Numbered from the stretch's first letter, positions 7,523 through 17,476 are shown. The stretch is 64,000 nucleotides of DNA from Sulfurimonas crateris (GCA_945883795.1 CAMCYC010000005.1:6213-70212), one strand, 5' to 3'. A program made the numbers and translations. Notes: generated by a model from the letters alone, not told the origin.

Positions 7523-9379
7523 ATGAACTTGGAAATAAGAAACTTTTTTTTATTACTCATTAGTGTTATTACTGTTATGCTTTTTGTTTTATTTTTGACT
7601 ATCTATGAGCTCAAAAATAGTTCCTATAAGCTTAATGATTTGGTTATTGATAGACATGAGATGATTATTTATTCAAGTATATTCAAACAAAGTTCTGAAG
7701 ATTTAACTAAATTTGCAAGGTTATATGCAATTACTGGAGAAAATGAGTATAAACAAAATTATCTCAACATCTTAGATATTCGCATGGGTAAAAAACCACG
7801 ACCTCAGAATTATAATTTGATATATTGGGATTTAAGCAAACCTATTCGCTCACAAAGACATCCATTGGGCGAAACTAAAGCATTAGAAGAAATATTCAAA
7901 GAGCTTCCTTTTGATGAGTATGAGCGTGATAAACTCAAAGAAGCACAAAAAAATTCCCAAGAAGTTATCAAGTTAGAAACCGAAGCATTTAACGCTATGT
8001 ATGGTATATATAAAGATGAGAAAACTGAGTACATGATGCAAGGGGAAAAGAATCAACAAAAAGCTATAGAACTTTTACATTCAATACAATATTTAAAAGT
8101 AAAAGAATATTCTATGTTGCCCGTAGATGAATTTTTGACACATTTAGAAGAGCGTACTCTTATTCAAATAGATAAGCACAAAGATGCTATCAATTTTAAA
8201 ACAAGAGTTTTAGTGTACATAATCTCTCTTTTTATTTTTATTTCTATTCTCTTTTTTTATCTTTTAATTATAAAAATTTTGCATCCTATTTCCTATTTGA
8301 CGGAAGAGATGCATAAATTTAAAAACCCTAAAAATGCAAAAGATATTGAAACTGTAGATAAGATATTTTATAATGATGAAATTGGCTACATGACAAAGCA
8401 ATTTTATAAGATGCGAGATAATATTAATAACGATATAAATCTTCGCTCAAGTCATGATAGAAAAATAAAAGAGTATCTTTCATTAGTGGACCAAAATGTT
8501 ATCACCTCATCCACTGATTTAAAAGGAAAAATCACCTCTGTATCTGAAGCATTTTGTAATATCAGCGGTTATTCCAAAGAGGAACTTCTAGGACAAAATC
8601 ATTCCATGGTAAGACATCAGGATATGTCTAAGGAACTTTATGAAGAGTTGTGGAGTACAATAAAAAAAGATTTAACATGGCATGGTGAAATAAAAAATAA
8701 AACTAAAAATGGTAACTTTTATTGGGTGAATGCGACTATTTACCCTATTGTTAATGATATAGGAGTAAAAATCGGATATACCGCAATACGCCTTGATATT
8801 ACAGACAAAAAAAAGATAGAAGAACTTGTAATTACAGATGGACTTACAGGGATATACAATAGAAAATATTTTAATGAAATCTTGCCAAAACTTCTCAATA
8901 TGATAACAAAGAATAAAAAAGTTTTCTCATTTTTATTAATTGATATTGATTTTTTCAAACAATATAATGAGAGTTATGGGCATCAAGAGGGTGATAGAGT
9001 TCTTGTGGATATTGGACAAACAATAGAAAAGTCTTTGCCAAAAATAGGTGATATTTGCTTCAGATTTGGTGGTGAAACTTTTGGTGTTATTTTTGAAGCT
9101 TCAAGTGAATTAGAAGCATATACTTTTGCAGAGACAATAAGGGAAAATATAGAAAATAGAAAAATAAAACACAATAGAAATGAGATAAATAAATATCTCA
9201 CTATTTCTATAGGTCTTGTCACACGAGTAAGCAATCAAAATCTTGACGAAGACTTGGTATATAAAGAGGCAGATAATTATCTTTATAAAGCAAAAAGTTT
9301 GGGGAAAAACAGAGTTGAAGCACTCAACAGTCTCAAAAATCAAAAGATTTTAGAGAGTTGTCGAGATAATATTTTTTAA
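7523..9379 (+). CDS. membrane sensor with an Aer-type PAS domain and a degenerate GGDEF domain
   Basis: 618 aa with two TM segments flanking a ~200-aa periplasmic region. PAS motif NHSMVRHQDMS...FYWVNATIYPI. GGDEF domain signatures DGLTGIYNRKYF and RFGGETFGV, so the motif reads GGETF rather than GG(D/E)EF. Confidence 0.8.
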   Translation: MNLEIRNFFLLLISVITVMLFVLFLTIYELKNSSYKLNDLVIDRHEMIIYSSIFKQSSEDLTKFARLYAITGENEYKQNYLNILDIRMGKKPRPQNYNLIYWDLSKPIRSQRHPLGETKALEEIFKELPFDEYERDKLKEAQKNSQEVIKLETEAFNAMYGIYKDEKTEYMMQGEKNQQKAIELLHSIQYLKVKEYSMLPVDEFLTHLEERTLIQIDKHKDAINFKTRVLVYIISLFIFISILFFYLLIIKILHPISYLTEEMHKFKNPKNAKDIETVDKIFYNDEIGYMTKQFYKMRDNINNDINLRSSHDRKIKEYLSLVDQNVITSSTDLKGKITSVSEAFCNISGYSKEELLGQNHSMVRHQDMSKELYEELWSTIKKDLTWHGEIKNKTKNGNFYWVNATIYPIVNDIGVKIGYTAIRLDITDKKKIEELVITDGLTGIYNRKYFNEILPKLLNMITKNKKVFSFLLIDIDFFKQYNESYGHQEGDRVLVDIGQTIEKSLPKIGDICFRFGGETFGVIFEASSELEAYTFAETIRENIENRKIKHNRNEINKYLTISIGLVTRVSNQNLDEDLVYKEADNYLYKAKSLGKNRVEALNSLKNQKILESCRDNIF

Positions 9380-9390
9380 ACTCCGTAGAC

Positions 9391-9594
9391 TTATTTAGTT
9401 TCCATAGCAATTACAAAAGTGTCACCAACTTCTTGAACAATAAACGCATGTTTACCACAAAATTCACTATTCATATAATCTTTCATCTCTATTGATTTAC
9501 TTAATGCTTCATCTTTAGAGTCAAGTGATAAATTATTTTGTAAATCACTTCTTTTGAAACAACCACACTCTTTTTCTACAATAATTTTAAACAT
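9391..9594 (-). CDS. small hypothetical protein (67 aa, Cys-containing)
   Basis: Clean ORF with no overlap. Contains ECGCF and FCGKH. Function unknown. Confidence 0.5.
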   Translation of the reverse strand: MFKIIVEKECGCFKRSDLQNNLSLDSKDEALSKSIEMKDYMNSEFCGKHAFIVQEVGDTFVIAMETK

Positions 9595-9708
9595 TTTAAT
9601 CCTTTATTTTTTTGGAACAATATCGTAATCTGCTTGGTATATGCTTTGAATTTTTGAGATAAAAAAAAGTTTAAGTATAAATTATAGCCATTCTCAAAAC
9701 TCAACGAA

Positions 9709-10485
9709 TCAGTTTTTCCCACTTGCCATGAATGACTGATTGGAATCTCTTTTGACTGTAGCATTTCCAAATAGCAAAATACCATCCATTTTTGTTTCAC
9801 ATAAAATATTGTTACTATCTAATAAAAAAGTAATATCTTCAGCACCACTTGTAAGGTAATCTTTTTGAACTCTTACACTAAATAAATATCGTTCCTTTTT
9901 TTTACTAATAAATTTAACAACAACACCATCTTGAGTATCATCACTTCCTACAGCCTGAATGAGTTTCGTTTCCCCCTGTTTCATAGAGAGCAAATGGTTT
10001 CTTTTATTAAAAAATACACTTACCATATCATCATGATAAACTCTCTCTAACTCTTTAGTATTACTTTCTTCAACAAATCGAGTGGTTGTCTCGTATTCAA
10101 AAGTGAAAATATTATATTGCGATTTTTTTTCATTTTCTGTTTTATGTTGTGTTACTATTGTTTTTTTATTTTGATAGTCAAATGTATATGTTTTTGTCTT
10201 ATTTAAATCTTGACTTCTCTCACTTGAAATATATTTCATAGGTATCAATATATTGTCCTTGACTAAACCAATACTTTCATAAATATACTGTTTATGTTGT
10301 GTTAAATCTCCTATGATTCCAGTACCATGACCACTTACTTTAATATAATATTTTTTACCATCATTAGTATATTGCATAGTTGCTTCTCCTACCTTACCAA
10401 ACAATGATACTTCTCCCGTATATTGTAAAGTTATCACAGATGCAAAAAGCGAAAGAGAGATAAAGAGCAAATAAATAATTTTCAT
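9709..10485 (-). CDS. secreted hypothetical protein (possibly DUF3108-like beta-rich protein)
   Basis: I prefer the ATG at 10485 (MKIIYLLFISLSLFASV signal peptide) with AAGGAA 7 nt upstream. The longer TTG start at 10521 runs into repeat copy 2. Confidence 0.6.
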   Translation of the reverse strand: MKIIYLLFISLSLFASVITLQYTGEVSLFGKVGEATMQYTNDGKKYYIKVSGHGTGIIGDLTQHKQYIYESIGLVKDNILIPMKYISSERSQDLNKTKTYTFDYQNKKTIVTQHKTENEKKSQYNIFTFEYETTTRFVEESNTKELERVYHDDMVSVFFNKRNHLLSMKQGETKLIQAVGSDDTQDGVVVKFISKKKERYLFSVRVQKDYLTSGAEDITFLLDSNNILCETKMDGILLFGNATVKRDSNQSFMASGKN

Positions 10486-10496
10486 AAATTTCCTTT

Positions 10497-10536
10497 GTGA
10501 ACTAGCCAACAGCTTTAGCAACCTAAAGACGATTGG
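10497..10536. repeat. copy 2 (degenerate) of the IS200/IS605-end-like repeat
   Basis: GTGAACTAGCCAACAGCTTTAGCAACCTAAAGACGATTGGG matches 339..379 at 36/41. The left hairpin arm is mutated. Confidence 0.65.
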
Positions 10537-10846
10537 GCGTCTTGCTTCATCGTATCTAGTTATAGCAAGATATAACCCCGAAAGAGGATACTCCAGAAGT
10601 CTAAATTTCGACAGTTCCCGCCATATTTCTATTAACCTAAATTCGACAGAATAAAAACCTATTTTTAGGGATTTAATTGACTCCTTATCTACTTTAACAT
10701 TATACGATTGTATATTAATTTTACAAATAAGGCAAGAGATGAAGAAAAAGAAGAAGATTCAGAGTATTTAAAACATTTGTAACTACTCAGCCTATAAAAT
10801 CCCATAAAATAGGGAGTTTATTTTTAAATTAAATTGTATAAAAAAT

Positions 10847-10874
10847 TACAAAGTCCATATTTTAGGGCTTTGTA
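10847..10874 (-). terminator. rho-independent terminator downstream of the ATPase gene 10910..12121
   Basis: TACAAAG (10847..10853) pairs with CTTTGTA (10868..10874). On the minus strand it is followed by ATTTTTT. Confidence 0.5.
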
Positions 10875-10909
10875 AAATTTAAAATTAGTTTTTATAATTA
10901 CACCTACAC

Positions 10910-12121
10910 TTAATACAAAAACCCAAAGACCCAAAGGGGAATTTTATTACCAAAACCAACTTCAATATCATCAGCTACGACAAAGCTATTTGGTAAATCT
11001 TTAATTTGAGTAAATTTTTTGTTTTTACCGCCTATTTCAAATACATATTTATCATTTATCTCAAAATCACCTTCTTTTGCATATTTAATAGTATTATTTA
11101 TTTTAGTTTGTGATAAAAAGAAGCTTTCTCTTAAACTTCCTGTATTTTGATTTGAACATAATATATTGTATAGATTTATATTTTCAAGATATATTTTATC
11201 TGGTTTATTGAGCAGTTTCTTATTTGCAAAGTTGCCCCCTATTATCTCTATGAGATTTGCTTTTTGTAGATAGTATAGATAAGAATAAAGAGTATTTCTA
11301 CTAATCCCCGCACTTTGTGATAGATTTTGTATATTGAGTTCCATTGGAACACTACTACAAAGTAGATGTAATAGTTTTCTTATCGTATTGAGTTTATCGC
11401 TATCTACATTATATATGGTCGCCACTTCACTATCTAGGATGATATTAATAATTTCGTTGAGTCTTAAGTTATACCCTTTTTCCCCTTCTGTAAAAAATGG
11501 ATATGCTCCAAACTCTCTGTAAAGTTTAAAATACTCTAACGGTTTAAACTGTTTTTTGATATTGGCAGCTATATCAAAGTGATTTATTAAAATATCATCA
11601 AGTGATATTATTGGTAAATTTATATCAAACTTTATAGCTAGAAACTCTCGAAAAGATAAAGAGTTAAGTTCATAAAAAAGGACTCTTCTACTTAAATCTA
11701 CTTTACTATTTTCTATCTCAAGTGCCGATGAACCTGAAAAGATAACTTTAATATCTAAAAAATCATATATGGTTTTAAGTTCATTTGCAAAATTATCTGC
11801 TTTGTGTATCTCATCTATTATTAAAAGTTTTCCACCATAAGCACTAAACTCTTTTGCAATATTGAATAAACTATCTACAATATTATCAGCACTGATATAA
11901 AGCATTTTAGACGGTTCTATTTTATAATTTTGAGCAATTTGTCTTATAAGGGTAGTTTTCCCCACACCTCTTTGCCCTAAGATACCTATCATTCTTGAGG
12001 CAAAATCGATTTTTTCGTAAAGGTATCTTTTAAAAAATGGTGTAGGAAGGGAAAAATACAGATTTGAAAACTCGTATAATTTTTCTAGTGAGATTATTGG
12101 TGACATATTTATCCTTTTCAA
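10910..12121 (-). CDS. AAA+ ATPase of the COG1373 type, paralog 2
   Basis: 403 aa. Walker A GQRGVGKTTL, Walker B LLIIDEIH. The C-terminus FEIGGKNKKF...KIPLWVFGFLY parallels 483..1688. Confidence 0.8.
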   Translation of the reverse strand: MKRINMSPIISLEKLYEFSNLYFSLPTPFFKRYLYEKIDFASRMIGILGQRGVGKTTLIRQIAQNYKIEPSKMLYISADNIVDSLFNIAKEFSAYGGKLLIIDEIHKADNFANELKTIYDFLDIKVIFSGSSALEIENSKVDLSRRVLFYELNSLSFREFLAIKFDINLPIISLDDILINHFDIAANIKKQFKPLEYFKLYREFGAYPFFTEGEKGYNLRLNEIINIILDSEVATIYNVDSDKLNTIRKLLHLLCSSVPMELNIQNLSQSAGISRNTLYSYLYYLQKANLIEIIGGNFANKKLLNKPDKIYLENINLYNILCSNQNTGSLRESFFLSQTKINNTIKYAKEGDFEINDKYVFEIGGKNKKFTQIKDLPNSFVVADDIEVGFGNKIPLWVFGFLY

Positions 12122-12321
12122 TTAATTGAAAATATTATATTATAAATATCTTAATTAAATGAAAATTATAAATTAACTTAAATTAAACTTAATTGTATTT
12201 TACTATATTTTTTAAGTCCAAATATTTTGGAATTTAATAAAGAAAAACTGTCAAACTCAGGAAATTATTGAGAATTTATTGGGGAATGCTCAACAATGAG
12301 GGGGTTTCGGTTGCACTCAAA

Positions 12322-12355
12322 TGATATATTTGCAATACAATTGCTAGGTATCATT
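12322..12355 (+). promoter_or_regulatory. conserved intergenic motif, copy A (promoter-like, contains TACAAT)
   Basis: TGATATATTTGCAATACAATTGCTAGGTATCATTA resembles the motifs at 15379..15413 and 17442..17476. Confidence 0.4.
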
Positions 12356-12505
12356 AGCGTTGATAAAATATTTTAATATATTACATCAAACTACAGCATA
12401 AATTTTTTGCATCTTAACTCTTTTTTTAGGATATATAGACAATTTTTGCTTTTATTTATTCTGCTATTTGTTTTTAGATGGCAATACAACCACAAAAGGA
12501 AAGTT

Positions 12506-13387
12506 ATGATGATTTTAGTTTCAATCTTCAAAACTAAGCAAATAATTACTCTTTATCTATCGTTATTTGCATTAGTAAGCTATTTTATTTATCTAGGTGA
12601 TTTTATAGTTTCAGCTGCTATTTTTGTTACTCTCATTGGAACTCTTTTTATATCTCATCTCGAAGAAACTAACTCGAATGAAATATTCCATGATAATCTC
12701 TTAGAGCAAATCAAAAATGTTCTTGCTAAAGCAGTCAATGGTGAGTTTTCTCATAGAATTACAGGTATAGACGAACAACATACCATGCGAAGTATTGCAA
12801 CAGATGTTAATACACTTTTGCATAAAATAGAAGAGATGCATAATTTATCTTTCACAAAAGTGCAGCTCAACGAAATAGTTCGGGATAAAATTTCTCAGGC
12901 TACTACACCAAAAATTTTAACTCCCCTTCAAAAAGATATTGTTCAAGACATTTCTAACCTTAAGACTCTTTTTGATGATACGAAAGCTAGTACTTCAGAA
13001 GATGTTGGACAAACTATAATTGATAATTTGGAGCAATTGATAGAATCTGTAACTATTTCTAGCGATTCTATTATCTTTTTTAATCAGAAAATATATCAAA
13101 TAACTAACGCCATGAATCTTATTAAAGCGCTTATAGATAAAACAAATGTTGTCGCCTTACATACAGCTATTCAAGTAGCTCGTACTGGCGAAGGTGAGAA
13201 AGTGAATTTGATTGCAAATGAGGTAAGAAACCTTGCACAAAAGATACAAAAAGCTACACAAGAGATTGTCTTAAGTACAAATACTCTTAGACAAGCAACA
13301 AATGATATAGAGATAGAATCTAAGCTAGAGCAAATTAGACAAATACGATACGATTTAATGCACAACATAAAATCATTCAAAATATAA
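12506..13387 (+). CDS. CetA-like membrane chemoreceptor with a degenerate MCP signalling hairpin
   Basis: ATG at 12506 preceded by AAGGAAAG. N-terminus [20 protein letters not shown] is near-identical to the ORF at 13874. The signalling region reads VALHTAIQVARTGEGEKVNLIANEVRNLAQK against the canonical [32 protein letters not shown]. Confidence 0.7.
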   Translation: MMILVSIFKTKQIITLYLSLFALVSYFIYLGDFIVSAAIFVTLIGTLFISHLEETNSNEIFHDNLLEQIKNVLAKAVNGEFSHRITGIDEQHTMRSIATDVNTLLHKIEEMHNLSFTKVQLNEIVRDKISQATTPKILTPLQKDIVQDISNLKTLFDDTKASTSEDVGQTIIDNLEQLIESVTISSDSIIFFNQKIYQITNAMNLIKALIDKTNVVALHTAIQVARTGEGEKVNLIANEVRNLAQKIQKATQEIVLSTNTLRQATNDIEIESKLEQIRQIRYDLMHNIKSFKI

Positions 13388-13410
13388 AAAATACTACAGG
13401 AGATGATAAT

Positions 13411-13902
13411 TTGAATAGAGAAATAACACTTAAAGAAACTGATTTTATTGTATCAAAAACAGATGAGCGAGGAAAAATTCTTTATGGAAATAAAAGTTTT
13501 ATAGATATTTCTGGATACAAAGAAAGCGAGCTTCTCCATCAGCCACATTCAATTTTAAGACATCCAGATATGCCAAAGATTGTTTTTAAACTCCTATGGA
13601 ATAGACTTAAAGATAAAAAAGAGATTTTTGCTTATGTAAAAAACATCTCTAAAGATGGCTCTTTTTATTGGGTATATGCGAATGTAACTGCAACTTTAGA
13701 TAATTATGGAAAAATTGTTGACTTACACTCTGTAAGGAGAAAACCTTCTGCAAAAGCGATGGAGATTATCCCTTCACTTTATAAACAACTCCAACAAGAA
13801 GAGAGAAGCTCTGGAGTTGATGCTTCTTTAAAATTACTTCAAAAAATCTTAGATGAAAAAAAGGAAAGTTACGATGATTTTATCTTCAATCTTCAAAACT
13901 AA
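13411..13902 (+). CDS. stand-alone Aer-type PAS domain protein (CetB-like energy taxis partner)
   Basis: 163 aa. TTG start after AGGAG. Motif [19 protein letters not shown]...[11 protein letters not shown] is typical of FAD-binding Aer/CetB PAS domains. Confidence 0.75.
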   Translation: MNREITLKETDFIVSKTDERGKILYGNKSFIDISGYKESELLHQPHSILRHPDMPKIVFKLLWNRLKDKKEIFAYVKNISKDGSFYWVYANVTATLDNYGKIVDLHSVRRKPSAKAMEIIPSLYKQLQQEERSSGVDASLKLLQKILDEKKESYDDFIFNLQN

Positions 13903-15331
13903 GCAAATAATAGCTCTTTATCTATCGTTATTGGCACTCATGAGCTATTTTATCTTTAGTGGTGATTTTACAGGCGCAGGTGCTACTGTTGCTACTATTG
14001 TTGGAACACTTTTTATAGCTTTTTTTGAACAGACTTCTTCACATAGATTATCGAGTAATATTTTTTCACAGCAAATAAAAGATGTCGTCACTAAAGTAAA
14101 AGAGGGGGAACTCTCTTATAGAATTATAGGGATTGATGAGAAATACGAACAACAAGATATTGCATGGAGTATTAACGACATTTTAGACCAAATAGAACAG
14201 TTTATGAGAGATATAAATTCTTCTATAGAAAATGCTAATTTAGGTTTACACAATAGAAATATATCTGAAAATGGGTATAGAGGTGATTTTAAAAAAGCCA
14301 TTCCCCATTTAAATAAAGCAATTGATAACATCAATATTGCACATAGAGATTCTGAAAGAAATAGTATTAGAGTCGCTTTTGATAGGAATTCTCAAGGTGG
14401 TGCTTCAGAGGGATTAACCGTTATTCAAAAAGATATTCTTCAAAACTTATCAATTGTAAAAATCATTTTAAAGAGTACGGAACTTACTGCTCTTGAAGCC
14501 AAAGCCTCGCAAGATGTTGTTCAAAGTATAAGCAATAAATTAGAACAGTTAATAGAATTAATTACTGTTTCAAATAGTTCTATTCTCTCTTTGAATCAGA
14601 GTATCAATGAAATAACAGTTGTTGTTGAACTTATTAAAGATGTTGCAGAGCAAACAAATCTACTTGCCTTAAATGCAGCTATTGAAGCGGCTCGTGCTGG
14701 TGAACATGGTCGTGGGTTTGCAGTGGTTGCTGATGAAGTGAGAAAACTTGCAGAAAGGACACAAAAAGCGACACAAGAAATTACGCTCACTACAAACAGT
14801 CTAAAACAAGAAGCAGGTGAGATACAATCAAATTCAGAGTACATGACAGAGATAGCAATAGATTCAAAAAGTGATGTTTTTAAATTTAATGATACCCTTA
14901 AAAGTTTTGTGGCAAATGCAGATAAATCTACAAAAGAAGCAAAATATGTCTCTGATTATCTTTATACCACTTTATTAAAAGTTGACCATATTATATATAA
15001 AACAAAAACATATACAGTACTAACCTATGAAGATAAAGAGTTGGCTTCAACTTTTGACGACCATCATAGTTGTAGATTTGGACATTGGTATTATGGAGCA
15101 GGCAAACAAGCTTACGCAAATTTAGCATCATTCAAAGCATTAGAAAAACCTCATACTTTACTTCATGCAAAAGCTTTAGAATCACTCAAATGTGTTGAAA
15201 ATAAATCTTGCCTAATCTCTTCAAAAGATGCTGTTATCGAAAATATGGCAAAGGCAGAGATAGAGAGTTTAAAACTCTTTGACCTTATGCAAGACATGGT
15301 TAAAGAGGCACATCCAGAGGTGGATATGTGA
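13874..15331 (+). CDS. methyl-accepting chemotaxis protein with a C-terminal CZB (chemoreceptor zinc-binding) domain
   Basis: ATG at 13874 after AAGGAAAG. Canonical MCP core [42 protein letters not shown] motif HIIY...(x)...CRFGHWYY...HTLLH. Confidence 0.85.
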   Translation: MILSSIFKTKQIIALYLSLLALMSYFIFSGDFTGAGATVATIVGTLFIAFFEQTSSHRLSSNIFSQQIKDVVTKVKEGELSYRIIGIDEKYEQQDIAWSINDILDQIEQFMRDINSSIENANLGLHNRNISENGYRGDFKKAIPHLNKAIDNINIAHRDSERNSIRVAFDRNSQGGASEGLTVIQKDILQNLSIVKIILKSTELTALEAKASQDVVQSISNKLEQLIELITVSNSSILSLNQSINEITVVVELIKDVAEQTNLLALNAAIEAARAGEHGRGFAVVADEVRKLAERTQKATQEITLTTNSLKQEAGEIQSNSEYMTEIAIDSKSDVFKFNDTLKSFVANADKSTKEAKYVSDYLYTTLLKVDHIIYKTKTYTVLTYEDKELASTFDDHHSCRFGHWYYGAGKQAYANLASFKALEKPHTLLHAKALESLKCVENKSCLISSKDAVIENMAKAEIESLKLFDLMQDMVKEAHPEVDM

Positions 15332-15378
15332 GAAATGTTCTTTTAAAAGCTTCTTCAAACTAGCAACATTTGCTACAA

Positions 15379-15413
15379 GGATATATTTCTAATATAATTA
15401 TGATGGACTATTA
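15379..15413 (+). promoter_or_regulatory. conserved intergenic motif, copy B (contains TATAAT at 15393..15398)
   Basis: GGATATATTTCTAATATAATTATGATGGACTATTA, about 31/35 identical to copy C. Confidence 0.4.
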
Positions 15414-15418
15414 CAAAC

Positions 15419-17440
15419 ATGCTTAAAATATTATTTTTTACTCTTTTGTTATCACTATTTTTACAGGCTAATTCGCTTCAACTTAGCTCTCAAATGGAAG
15501 GAGTCAGCACAGATTCTAATCTTTTATTTTTTGAAGACAAAACAAAAAAAATGGATATTGAGGATATTAAAAATTTAAATTTTAAAAACAAAAATTCTCG
15601 TCGTATAAATAAAGGGATAAGTAAATCAAACTGGTGGCTAAAATTTAAAATTAACAATCCGACCAATAAACCAATAGATTGGATATTATTGTTTTACTTT
15701 GGTCAGTTTGATGAACTCCAAAGCTGGCAATATAGTGATAAAAATACTCTAATTTCCAATTTTTTAAAGGGTGACCATTTTGTAGATTCCTCACAAACAT
15801 CTTTTAATAATCGTACAGCTTTTGAATTTAATACACTCTCACAAGCCCAAAACACTATTTATATAAAAGTGTCTTATGTTAACTCGGGAATGATGGAATT
15901 TTTTCATTCTATTTGGACACAAGACGAATACATACAACATAATCAACTGCGCTTTGCTTTATTAGGAGGAATAATTGGCTCACTATCATTTCTTCTGTTT
16001 TATAATATATTCATATGGTTTATTTTAAGAAAAAACGAGTACTTTTGGTACAACATTTATCTCTTAGGTGTTATATTTTCAATGTTAACATTCGACCAAA
16101 TTGGGTCACATTTTATTTGGAATAATTCAATCTTAATGATGGATATGATGCCTTTTGTATCAACTATAACCATTTTTGTATCTTTTATATTATTTACTCG
16201 TGAATTTTTAGAGACATATAATCGTACACCCAAAATAGATAAACTATTATCAGCATTGCTAATCGTGAATTTAATTACTACTGTATTAGCAGTTATAGGT
16301 CAACGCTATCTTGCCATAGTATTGCTTCATACCATTGCATTTTCATTTATCTTATTTCCACTACTTGGCTTTTTTATTTGGTATAAGGGATATAAAATCG
16401 CAAGAGGATATATAGTGGCATCTATTGCTGTTACTATAACTATCGTGATTTCATTACTTCGTATTACAGATATTTTGCAAACTAGCGAACTTGTATTTTG
16501 GATAAGTAGATTTGGATTTATAATAGAAGGAATTTTACTCTCTATTGCGTTAGCTGATAGGATAAGTATCTTAGAACAAGAGCATATCAACGAACAATAT
16601 GAAGCTAATGATAGCCTAGAAGAGGCAAAAAAGACACTAGAATCTGAAGTTATAAAAAGAACATATGAGATAGCACAGTTAAATAACTCACTTGAAGAAA
16701 GAGTTAAAATAGAAGTTGAAAAAAACAAACAGCAGCAAAAAATGATGATTCTACAATCTCGCCATGCTCAAATGGGCGAAGTTCTCAGTATAGTAGCACA
16801 TCAATGGAGACAACCACTCAATAACATATCTTTAATTATTCAAAATGCTGTTTTTAAATATAGTGTGAATAAGCTTGATGATGCTGGCATGTCAAGATTA
16901 GACATTGAAAGTTCAGCACAAATCAGACAGATGTCAAACACTATAAAAGAGTTTAGAAGATTTTTTCTACCAGATAATGTTAGTGTAAAATATGATATTA
17001 ACAGCTCCATAAATGATGCGATTAGCATAACAAAACCTATGCTTGATGCCCAAAACATATCCTTAAGCTTAGATACTCAAGAAAATATAAATGTAGTTGG
17101 GTTTCCAACTGAGTTGGGTCAGGCAATAGTAAATATTATAACAAACTCAAAAGATGCCCTCATAGAAAAAAAAATTGTTCACAAATCAATAAAGCTCTCT
17201 CTAGCTTTAGTAAATAATGATGCGGTCATTACTATTGAAGATAATGGTGGAGGCGTGCCACTCAACATACTTGACAAAATATTTGACCCTTATTTTTCAA
17301 CAAAAATGGAAAAAAATGGTACAGGTTTAGGCTTATATATGACAAAAATTATCGTAGAAGACCATATGCATGGAAAAGTTAATATTGCAAATAGCAAAAA
17401 TGGCTTTGTGGTTCAAATAGTTATACCACAGAGTAAATAA
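15419..17440 (+). CDS. sensor histidine kinase of the 7TMR-DISM type (extracellular DISMED2-like domain plus 7 TM)
   Basis: 673 aa. Signal peptide, a ~170-aa extracellular domain, about 7 TM helices and a coiled coil. H-box VAHQWRQPLN. ATPase domain with N box IITNSKDA and G boxes DNGGG, GTGLGLY. Confidence 0.85.
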   Translation: MLKILFFTLLLSLFLQANSLQLSSQMEGVSTDSNLLFFEDKTKKMDIEDIKNLNFKNKNSRRINKGISKSNWWLKFKINNPTNKPIDWILLFYFGQFDELQSWQYSDKNTLISNFLKGDHFVDSSQTSFNNRTAFEFNTLSQAQNTIYIKVSYVNSGMMEFFHSIWTQDEYIQHNQLRFALLGGIIGSLSFLLFYNIFIWFILRKNEYFWYNIYLLGVIFSMLTFDQIGSHFIWNNSILMMDMMPFVSTITIFVSFILFTREFLETYNRTPKIDKLLSALLIVNLITTVLAVIGQRYLAIVLLHTIAFSFILFPLLGFFIWYKGYKIARGYIVASIAVTITIVISLLRITDILQTSELVFWISRFGFIIEGILLSIALADRISILEQEHINEQYEANDSLEEAKKTLESEVIKRTYEIAQLNNSLEERVKIEVEKNKQQQKMMILQSRHAQMGEVLSIVAHQWRQPLNNISLIIQNAVFKYSVNKLDDAGMSRLDIESSAQIRQMSNTIKEFRRFFLPDNVSVKYDINSSINDAISITKPMLDAQNISLSLDTQENINVVGFPTELGQAIVNIITNSKDALIEKKIVHKSIKLSLALVNNDAVITIEDNGGGVPLNILDKIFDPYFSTKMEKNGTGLGLYMTKIIVEDHMHGKVNIANSKNGFVVQIVIPQSK

Positions 17441-17441
17441 A

Positions 17442-17476
17442 TGATATATTTCTAATACAATTATGATGTACTATTA
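17442..17476 (+). promoter_or_regulatory. conserved intergenic motif, copy C (contains TACAAT)
   Basis: TGATATATTTCTAATACAATTATGATGTACTATTA lies between the kinase stop and the regulator start. Confidence 0.4.

Noticed and set aside
9576-9800. A 74-aa minus-strand ORF bridges the small protein gene and the 3-prime end of the secreted protein gene.
   Set aside because: It overlaps the ends of two better-supported genes, and it has no ribosome-binding site and no recognisable features.
483-12121. The two inverted ATPase paralogs might be the ends of a composite transposon or invertible 11.6-kb segment.
   Set aside because: The paralogs are similar mainly at protein level, with nucleotide identity only in short stretches. 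The enclosed genes (gmk, fliR, ABC ATPase) are core genes in conserved order.
12407-12505. The ORF track offers extended N-termini for the receptor at 12407, and similarly at 13853, 17496, 10521 (TTG), 6163 (GTG) and 28823.
   Set aside because: Internal ATG codons are preceded by clear AGGA/GGAG-type Shine-Dalgarno sequences and give N-termini matching paralogs or signal peptides. The exception is 6130, which has no Shine-Dalgarno sequence and was chosen because MNLLAAKNL... looks like a typical ABC ATPase N-terminus. The extensions run into promoter or repeat sequence.
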